Shown in pieces: positions 55,069 through 64,000 of a stretch of DNA of 64,000 nt. The position numbers and the translations under genes are program-made. The notes beneath the pieces were generated by a model. That model saw nothing but the letters and a program-made list of their open reading frames with translations, did not search any database and had not been told where the DNA came from. Numbering within the stretch: position 1 is the stretch's first letter; each line of letters opens with the position of its first letter. The DNA is taken from the NCBI GenBank assembly GCA_963796965.1, contig CAWCNS010000009.1:224001-288000 (forward strand). Direction: 5' to 3'. This DNA is from Calditrichia bacterium (GTDB taxonomy: Bacteria > Calditrichota > Calditrichia > JAJRVZ01).

Positions 55069-55917
55069 ATGATAGACATTCATACACATCCCGTAATGAT
55101 TAAAGAATTGTTCGAAAACGATTCCGAGCTTGAGAGGAATATCAACCAGGTGTTTGGATTCCATTTCCCCCCCCAATCCCTTCAGAATTTCACTCTGGAG
55201 TTAGACGCTGCGGGCGTGAGCCAGGCCGTATTACTACCCATTGATACGACCTCGGCGCACGGTTGTAAGATCGTGTCAAACGATCAGGTCGCGAAGCTGG
55301 TTGATGCTGACAGCCACTTTATCGGATTCGCCTCTGTCGATCCAAATCTCCCCGAGGCCCCCCGGGATCTTGAACATGCTGTTCTGAATCTCGGTTTGCG
55401 GGGATTGAAATTAGATCCGTCCTTGCAACAATTCTATCCAAATGATCCTGCTACTGCCTTCCCCGTTTACGAAGCATGTCAGACATTGGGAATTCCGGTA
55501 CTGCTCCATTGTGGGATGAGTTGGGTACCTCAGGCTCTGGCGAAATTTTCTCAGCCATTACTCCTGGAAGAAACCGTACAATCCTTTCCAGGTGTAAATT
55601 TCATTCTCGCTCACTTTGGTTGGCCTTGGGTAAATGAGGCTCAAATGCTTGCGATAAAGTATCCCAACGTGTATCTGGATACAGCGATACTGTATAGCGG
55701 TACCCCAGGGAATGCGATGCAGCGGGTTATCGGTCAACAAGTGGGACTTGAAGTTGTCGAACGCAGCCTCGCAAATAAAATTCTTTTCGGGTCTAACTAC
55801 CCGCGTGTAGATATTCGCCGTTCCGTGAGCGGTTTGAAAGCCCTGGATCTGGCACCCCGAACAAAAAACGCAATCCTGGATGGAAACGCCCGGAAAATCC
55901 TCAAACTGGAGGCCTAA
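55069..55917 (+). CDS. Amidohydrolase_2 family metal-dependent hydrolase
   Basis: IDIHTH, LLHCG, LAHFG, NVYLDT, LFGSNYP; AGGAGG RBS. Confidence 0.9.
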   Translation: MIDIHTHPVMIKELFENDSELERNINQVFGFHFPPQSLQNFTLELDAAGVSQAVLLPIDTTSAHGCKIVSNDQVAKLVDADSHFIGFASVDPNLPEAPRDLEHAVLNLGLRGLKLDPSLQQFYPNDPATAFPVYEACQTLGIPVLLHCGMSWVPQALAKFSQPLLLEETVQSFPGVNFILAHFGWPWVNEAQMLAIKYPNVYLDTAILYSGTPGNAMQRVIGQQVGLEVVERSLANKILFGSNYPRVDIRRSVSGLKALDLAPRTKNAILDGNARKILKLEA

Positions 55918-55919
55918 AT

Positions 55920-56351
55920 ATGCAATCACTCATCCACCGTCTGAACATACAAACATATAAAGAAACAGAGTTAATCAATATTACAGAACAGGTAAAGGAT
56001 TTGGTCAGGGAATCAGGTGTTCAATCCGGGACCGTATTCATACTTAGTATGCACACAACAACTGGCGTGACTGTCAATGAAGGGATACCGGATTTGGAGA
56101 CAGATATCGAGGATTATCTTTATCGAGCGGTTTCTGATTCACAAAATTATTATCATGCCCGATATTTACCTTCCGATGGTCAAATGGCCGTTAATGCAAC
56201 CTCACACTTGCGGGGTATGCTTTTAGGTTTCCAAACTTTCTTTCCGATCGAGAAGGGGGAAATGATTTGCGGATCACGGCAAACGATCTATCTCGTGGAA
56301 TTAGATGGTCCACAATTCAGAGATTATGTTGTCCAAATTTTAGGCGTGTGA
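55920..56351 (+). CDS. yjbQ: YjbQ/UPF0047 family protein
   Basis: HTTTGVTVNE, NATSHL, ELDGP. Confidence 0.88.
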   Translation: MQSLIHRLNIQTYKETELINITEQVKDLVRESGVQSGTVFILSMHTTTGVTVNEGIPDLETDIEDYLYRAVSDSQNYYHARYLPSDGQMAVNATSHLRGMLLGFQTFFPIEKGEMICGSRQTIYLVELDGPQFRDYVVQILGV

Positions 56352-56663
56352 CATAACGATCATAAAAAAGATTATAAAAAGCCCATACGTAAAAGGACTT
56401 GCCACCATAAGGTTGGGCAAGAATTTAGGTGACAAGTTGGGCTGTATTGGCTACCCAGAAACAAAATAAATCACCTATGGGATAAACCAATCTGTAAAAT
56501 GAGATTGCGAGCTTCAATGAATAAAAATGCGCAGCATCTGTCATCCTAAGCGGAGACAAAGGATAGGTGATTTTGACTGTATCCCGATTGTATCGGGATT
56601 ACCATTTTGTAATAATCATTTTAAAGGGCAATGATCACCCCTATCTCCTTCAGATCAGCCAGC

Positions 56664-59600
56664 TCACGATGAGGTCGTATCCAATGAATACCGTTTTTGA
56701 TAAGTTCGTTTTCCATTCACGACCCAATAGAGACCTGGAATCACTAAAAGCGAGAGCAACATCGACAGGCTCATGCCACCGATCATAGAGATGGCCAGGG
56801 GTTGCAGCATTTCCGAGCCTTCGCCGAAAGCGATAGCCAATGGTAAAAACCCAAAAATTGTCACTAATGTCGTCATTAAGATTGGACGCAGGCGCACACG
56901 CCCGGCCATGAGTAGCGCTTCAGTGACGTCTGGTTTTTCCTGCAAATACTTTTTCCGCATAGTCAATGAACAGGATTCCGTTATTGACAACAACTCCTAT
57001 GATCATGATCATACCCATAAACGCAGAGATGTCCAGCGGGATATTCGTAATCCACAGCATCAGAAAAACACCACTAACTGAGAGCACGGTTCCCATCAGA
57101 ATAATGCCGGAAGTGCGAAAAGATTTGAATTCAAACAACAGGATCGCAAAAACAAGTAAGACACCAAAGGCAAGGATGAGCAGCAACTCATGAAAAGCGC
57201 GTTGCTGGCTTTCATATTGTCCACCGATGTTGACAGTGACACCCGGTGGTAGCGGGATTTGCGCCAGCATGACTCTAACGTCCTTAATAATGCTTCCCAG
57301 GTCGCGACCGGATATATGTGCTTTGATATTGACCACCTGACTGAGATTCTCATGGTCAATATCGGTTTTACCTGGCCGTTTTTGAATGTCCGCCACCTCT
57401 TCCAGTAGCAGCACCCGGTCAATAGAAGCCAGATACAGGGGTAACTTACCGATATTTTCGAAATGGATGATAATCCGCTTTAGGATAACGCACGCGCACT
57501 GGGATCATTTTCAATCCTTCCATCATGCTGGTGGGTACATCACCCCATAACGCCATGTGTACCGCCTGGTTCACTTCATCTGCAGTCAATCCATAGCGGC
57601 TAGCCACCTGCGGATACACACGTATGATTAACTCAGGTTCGCCACGGAAATAGCCCTTATAGACATCAACTGCACCCTCCACCCTTTCCAGAGAGTCAGC
57701 AATCTGTTCGGCAACCTGCTGAATGATAGGCAGGTTCTTTCCGAAAACTTTAATAACGATGGGGGCAATTTCACCACTGAGATCGTTGAGTCTGTCCGGT
57801 AACACTTGAAACAGTTCCGGTTCCAGCCGCGGTTCGTACCTCTCGTCAAATTTGCGTAGCATGTCCATAATTTCAAAGGAAGAGTGCTTGTGCCCCTTTT
57901 TTAGACTAATAACAAAATCACCATCATTAGCGTGTGTGCGTGGATGTGCCAGACTGCGGCCAGTCCGCAGGGAGTAGGTCTCCACATCTGGGATGGTCAT
58001 GATATATTCGGCAATGCTTTTCAACATACTCTTAGTGCCTTCGATGGAACTACCCGGTGGGGCCAGGTAATCATGCACAATCTTGCCTTCGTCCCTTCGG
58101 TAGAAAGCCACTGGGGATGCGCATGTATGAAAAAAGTGCAATAATGGTAAATACTAAACTCAAAATCCATATAATAAACGGCCGCTTCATGTATTATTTT
58201 AATCCTTTGTTAATACCAACAATATGAGAGTATAAACCGGCCGGGCTCTTTCTTCTTTGTCGATATAAAAATTACGGCCAAAGCCGGGGTCAGAAAAACT
58301 GCCAGCAACATCGAGACAAAAATAGCGATTGCCAGCGTCGAGGCAAGAGCACGGAAAAATATGCCAGGTACACCGGTCAGAAAAATTAATGGTACGAAAA
58401 CCACTAGTGTTGTTAATGTGGCACCCAGAAGGGGTGGAATGATCTCGCTGGTCGCTTGTATTACCGCCTCCCTGCGCGGAAAACCATTCTCAAGATACCG
58501 CTCGACATTTTCCACTACTACAATGGCATTGTCTATTAGAATACCGATCGCTGCAGCTATTCCACCGAGGCTCATTAGATTTAGATTTGCTCCTAACAGT
58601 TTAATGAAAATAAAGGTAATCAACGGAGCAACGGGTATGATTGCAGCCGTTACCAATGTGATGCGGATACGTCGCAGAAAAAGAAACAGGATGAGTATGG
58701 TGAGAAATGCTCCCAATAATATCGCATCGCGAACGCTGGCAATGGATCGGCGGATAAAGTCAGTCATGTCATACCACTTTTTCACCCGTACATTCGTGGG
58801 CAACACTTTTTGTAGATCCTTCCATCGATTTTCCACCTCCTGCATAATGCCAACAGCATTGGTGCCCTGCTGCTTGATCACCGTAATCAGTACCGCCGGC
58901 TTGAGATCGCTTTCACAGGCAAGAAACGTTTCCTTTAATGCTGGTTCAATGGTTGCAATATCAGACAGGAAAATTGGTGTAGCATCCCTCTGCGCGACGA
59001 TAGTCTTTTTGATATCATCGATCTTCAGGAAACGGTTGTCGGCAATGTTAAGGTAGAGCTTCTTCGATTCATTAAGCCGTCCCAAATATTTTAAGGAATT
59101 CGATTTTTGCAGTGCTTCTTCAATTTGCCGGTAATCCAGTTTAAGTGCCACCAATTTGTGCGGATCTAAATTTATCCAATATTCCCGCTCCTTACCGCCC
59201 ATCACCTCAACATTAAAAATACCGGGGATGCTGGCCAGTTGCGGGCGAATAGTGTAAATCGCCAGATCGCGTAATTGAAGGAGATCGAGTTTTTCCGATG
59301 TCAGACTGTAACCGGCTACCGGATAAGTACTGGTAGTGAAACGGCGCACCTCTAATTGTAGGCCTTTGGGAAGTTGATTCTGAATGCCGCTGATCTGTGC
59401 CTGCACCAGTTGATAGGCGCGAAACATATCCTGGTCCCATTCGAAATCGATGTTGATTTCTGCGGAACCGCGACTGATGGAGGCGCGTACAAGACGTACA
59501 CCTTCCACCATCATGGCGGCTTCTTCGATCGGTTTGGCGATTTCCATTTCCATTTCTTTTAACGGCGCAAGACCGTAATCTGCCATCACAGCGATACGGG

Positions 59601-59730
59601 GGAATGTCGCGTCAGGAAAGACGCCCTGAGGTATTTCAAAAATCAGATATAAACCAATAAGAGACAAGAGAAGGGCCGTAAAAACCATGGCCCCTTTGTT
59701 CTCGACGGCAAAGCGGGAGAATCCACTCAT
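56664..59730 (-). pseudogene. RND efflux permease (CusA/AcrB family), broken into at least four ORFs
   Basis: NLMSLGGIAAAIGILIDNAIVVVEN; RLRPILMTTL; fragments 58210-59730, 57446-58141, 56920-57414 and 56664-56993. Confidence 0.85.
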
Positions 59731-60643
59731 TCGACGATCACCTCCATCCCATCCATAAGCGAATAAGATTTATGCGTGGCCACACGCTCGCCTTCTGTCA
59801 ATCCGGAAAGCACCTCCACGTGATCATTGTCAAGTATACCGAGCACCAGGTAACGTTTTTCTACCGTATTTCCTTCTACAACAAATGAACTGTAAATGCC
59901 TTCCTCTTCCAGTAGGGCTGCACGTGGTATGACCATGGTTTTTTTGTGCACTTGTCCGGGAAAAATAGAGCTCGACTTGCATGCCTGGCCTGAATTCGCC
60001 ACTTCGATTGTCCAATCCCAACCGAATAGCCACCGTTTGCTTGGCTTTGTGAACACTACTACCGATTGCCTCAATGGGTAGCGGTATCGGAGCATGTGGA
60101 TAGTCTATAAATACGACATTGATAGATCTCAATTTTTTCACGATTGGCAGGGTACGCAGGGGAAGATCACCATAAATATCCAATTGACGCAAGTCGCCAA
60201 TATGTACAAAGGGTTCGCCCTTTTGAAGAACATCCCCGTTGTGGTGGTGTACTTCCATCGCCACTCCATTTATTGGGCTAACCAGCGGAATTGATTTGAT
60301 CTGCTGTTCGAGCATTGGGCGCATGGTAACATCAATCTGGTTCATTACATGTGAAGGGCTTCACGTTGTGGAGGGATATTCAGGCCAATCTGGTCATTCT
60401 TTTTAACACGATCGCCAAGGAGTAATGAAAATTCGGTCAAGCGACCGTCGAACTGTGATGCCAAAAGCGCCTCCTGCCGTAGTTTGACCTCGCCGTATAT
60501 ACACAACGTATCTACCATATCCATGCGTACAACCGCTGCTGATTTAATGCTTAATTGAGGATCTACGGTTTCTGTGGAGGGAGACTCGGATTTTTAGGCA
60601 AGAAATAAAGATAAGGATTGATAAAAGAACTAAATGTTTTCAT
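59727..60643 (-). pseudogene. RND membrane-fusion (periplasmic adaptor) subunit, multiply frameshifted
   Basis: LVSPINGV, FRPGMQV, VIPRAALL and VEVLSGLTEGERV spread over several frames. Confidence 0.8.
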
Positions 60644-60674
60644 CACAACCTCTGAATCGCGCCGTTACATGTCA

Positions 60675-61873
60675 TTATATGATATTAAAATTCATAATAG
60701 TTAATTGTGTTTTTATGGCTATATGTAATTCTTTTAACAGTTGCTGTGCGGAGAGATGATCCAAGTTAGTCATGAATTCGCTCTGGTAATTTGCATCAGC
60801 AAACGGAAACCTCGTTTCTGCAGTTTTCAATCGATTCTCTTGCATTGATAATACGTTCTTTAATTTTTTTAAATTTTGCAGAATCTTTTGTACATGTATG
60901 GTCAATTCCTGCTCCACATCCATTTTATGTTCTTCGACTGAACGAATAATTGCTTCTGATTTCTGCCGCTGGAATTTAGTAACACCTCACCTAAAAAGGG
61001 GTAGGTTAATGCCGGCATCCACGCGCCAGTAATTACCATCACCGGTGGGATCGCCATCTAAAAGATCGCCACTAGCCAAATGAAGGTGTGGTATCTGCTG
61101 TGCCGCCACAGCCTTTCGGCGAACCTTTTCTGCATTGATGCGGAAAGATAATGCCTGCATAAACGGATGTTCAGCCAAAAAATTTTCGTCAATCTCAGGC
61201 AAAGGCCTGGCAAATATTAAGCAACAAAGGAGAAAACTTAGGATCTCAAAAATTCCCACAATGAGTGGGATATTTTCTGTTAAAGGCTCTCTGCTTTATA
61301 TCTAACACGGCTATTTGTTCCTGAAGTTGCCACATCTCTGTTTCAGTTTGTAGTACATATAACTGAGTTTGGGCACTGATTGCCACAACGCTTCGGCTAC
61401 ATTATGGTGAGAGGTTAAAAGTTCAAGTCTTTTTTTCAGCACTATGTACTGGGTTTGTTTTTGCAAAATGTTTATATACAGAGAAGTGGCACGTTGCGAA
61501 ACTTCCAATCTGGTTTGTTCTAATTGTGCCTTCGCTGTCAGGGCATACTGTGGGGCGGTCTGGGGGCTTTTCAGGAAGAAATTACTAAGTGACCAGTCAG
61601 CATGGACTAATGCGCAGCTTTGCCTAAAACTATATGGTACCAGATAGCGTTGCTCACGGACAACTCTCGGGAAAATTGCGGCAGAGCTAGGGAATGCTCA
61701 GTCTTAAAGCCAATTTATTCCGCTTCAGCTAACTGTGTTTCAGATTTAAGCAAATCACTGTTCTGCTGTGCACGATATAGACATTCCTGGATGTGTAGTG
61801 ATGATGAGAATAGAAATATATGAATGCCAAATATGATTAATGGACAAACAAAAATGAAAGGATTACGACTCAT
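60675..61873 (-). pseudogene. TolC-family outer-membrane channel, heavily degraded
   Basis: Fragments with helical TolC-like segments, EHPFMQAL, AGINLPLF; lies upstream of the MFP and RND genes. Confidence 0.65.
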
Positions 61874-61899
61874 GTTGTTTCCTATTTTTTTTCTGTTTC

Positions 61900-62623
61900 A
61901 ACTTTAGATTATCAAAGCAGGTCACGCATCTGCTTTGGTCCAAAGGCAGACTTTCTCGGATGTAAATGTATTGTCGGTTACGTCTAGGTACAGTTTGCCA
62001 TTATAACAGCACTGGATATGATTACTCACATTTTTGACTAGGAGTGAATGCCAAACGTTGCTGGGGATTTCAACATTGGAACTCTGTAACTGTTTACGGT
62101 TACTATCTACCACTTTGTACACACGGAAATTACTTTCTAAGTGGATTCACACGGCAAATGTAATAATTATCAGCATATGATAGCGCACACGGTACGCACC
62201 TGATCTTCCTGACCATGTAAACATCTAAATCACATATCGAAATTAGTCTCTGTAACGCGACATTAAAATGATAGCCGGTATACTCTTGGCTGGTCTGGGC
62301 AAATACATTAGGTTGACTGGGGGCAGTGGGATAAGCTATAACAGACGAGCTGCGAAGGCCACGCTTTGCGGTCTTTTGGCTGCTCCAACGATTGGGAAAC
62401 GCCCCGACAGGGTTTTTATCAAAACTGAAAAACAGATCTTTGCGATTCATTTTTCCTTCTACACCTGTATTATTTTACGATGAGGGGTGCGGGTTGCCAC
62501 TGCCTGGGCAGTCTTCGCCGCTAATTGCGTCTCGGATGACGGTTCTTGACTACAGGCTGTCATTGTTATAAACGCAATAAAGATGGCCATAATCTTCAAT
62601 AAAAATGTTTTTTTTATGAACAT
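61900..62623 (-). pseudogene. Degraded exported lectin-fold (DUF1080-like) protein
   Basis: PTAPSQPNVFAQ, DNYYICRVNPL, DVTDNTF…LWTKAD fragments in several frames. Confidence 0.6.
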
Positions 62624-62706
62624 TTTGCACCTTACTTGTTAGATATTTATTACTATATAAATAGCAGATAGAAAGATCTGGGAATTACACGAATTCACAC
62701 TTAGAA

Positions 62707-62742
62707 GGGACTGTTGCAGTTTAGGTTTTATTACCCTAAACT
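62707..62742. mobile_element. Solitary end of the 49540-49723 MITE family
   Basis: GGGACTGTTGCAGTTTAGGTTTTATTA matches GGGGCTGTTGCAGTTTAGGTTTTTATTA. Confidence 0.7.
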
Positions 62743-64000
62743 TTCCAATTCCTCCCATCGGGAATACGCCTTTTCCAAATCAGACTCTACTTTTTTTAGA
62801 AAATCTTTGTCTTTTTAACTTCCTCATGATTTTTATAGAAATCGGGATCAGACATTTTTGCATGAAGTGCGGCAATCTCTGTTTCCAGTTTTTCAATGAT
62901 AGCCGGAAGTGCCTCCAGCTCTTTGGAATCTTTAAAGGAAAGTTTAAATTTCGTTTGGCCTTTTTTTCCTGCTGGTAGGCTTCTTTTTTGCTTTGTTTCG
63001 GAATTGTTTCTGTATGATCAGATAAAGATTTAGACTGCTGTATCCAATCATCATAACCGCCAATGAACTCCTTTACCGATCCATTTTCTCCAAAAGCATA
63101 GATACTGGTAACGACATTATTTAAAAATTCCCGGTCATGGGAGATGAGCAGCAGTGTGCCTTTAAAATTTATCAGAAGTTCTTCAAGCAACTCCAATGTT
63201 TCGGCATCAAGATCATTGGTGGGCTCATCCAGCACTAAAAAATTAGCCGGTTGTGTAAATAATTTTGCCAACAATAGCCTGTTTCGCTCGCCTCCGGAAA
63301 GATTCTTAATTGATGTTTTAGCCCGTTCCGGTGTAAAAAGAAAATTCTGTAAATAGGTGATAATATGAATCGACCTATCTTCGAAAATGACCATTTCGCC
63401 ATTGGGTAAAACATTCTCCCATACTGTTTTACTCTCATCCAGTTGCCCGCGCAATTGATCAAAATAGGTGATCGTTAAATTGCTGCCATGGGTAACCGTT
63501 CCTGAAAAACTGGTAATCTTTTTAAGCAGAATATTTGCCAATGTGGTTTTGCCACAGCCATTGGGTCCAATAATACCAATTTTATCACCTCTTGAAATCC
63601 GCGCATTAAAATCTTGAATCAAAGGATTTTCCTCATAACTGTATGAAATATTGCGGGCCTCAATGACATATTTTCCCGAAAGACCGGCTCCTGATACCTG
63701 AATATTTGCTGTGCCTTCTTTTTGGCGGCGTGCCTGGCGTTCTTCACGCATTTTTTTTAAGGCCCTTACACGCCCCTCATTTCTTGTACGGCGTGCCTTA
63801 ATACCTTTACGGATCCATGTTTCTTCCTGCGAAAGTTTTTTATCAAATTCTTTCCACTCTTTTTCTTCTGCACCCAATACCGCCCGTTTTCTTTTTAAGA
63901 AGGTCTCGTAGTCGCAGGACCAGTCCGCCAATTTACCCCTGTCTAATTCGATAATGCGTGTGGCTAAGCGCTTTAACAGCATCCGGTCATGGGTTACAAA
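62731..64000 (-). CDS. uup: ABC-F ATPase Uup (5' end outside the window); two frameshifts near 62950 and 62805
   Basis: GIKARRTRNEGRVRAL, GPNGCGKT, LSGGERNRL, LDEPTNDLD; shifted tail KLSFKDSKELEALP…AYSRWEELESLG* ends at 62731. Confidence 0.9.

Overview
AT-rich bacterial accessory region with no rRNA, intact tRNA or CRISPR array. Several secreted proteins end in the 'YPNPFNP...KKMILIR' sorting domain, which suggests an FCB-group or Calditrichota-like organism (inference). Contents in order: (i) two nucleotidyltransferase toxin-antitoxin-type modules (wHTH plus DUF6036-like, and AbiEi/AbiEii), each with palindromic operators and each followed by a tRNA-3'-end-like sequence and a long hairpin repeat; (ii) dispersed pectin/rhamnogalacturonan and other glycan enzymes (GH28, PL1, PL11, GH78, GH172-like, beta-helix proteins, BNR sialidase-like), a secreted C1 peptidase and an S1/P1 nuclease; (iii) a Tat-exported fucose-isomerase-like protein whose frame runs through one in-frame TGA at the conserved C-R-T-K cysteine, with a SECIS-like hairpin behind it. 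This candidate new selenoprotein is the top finding; (iv) a DeoR-associated FrlB/PfkB/aldolase/dehydrogenase sugar-catabolic cluster; (v) a decaying RND/MFP/TolC operon and the 3' part of uup. Intergenic DNA is full of nested palindromic repeats, miniature IS derivatives and short diverged relics of gene ends, three of which duplicate the ends of genes elsewhere in the window. Many single-base frameshifts, including two in uup, look like long-read indel errors, so pseudogene calls resting on one frameshift are uncertain. All family assignments come from motif recognition, not database searches.
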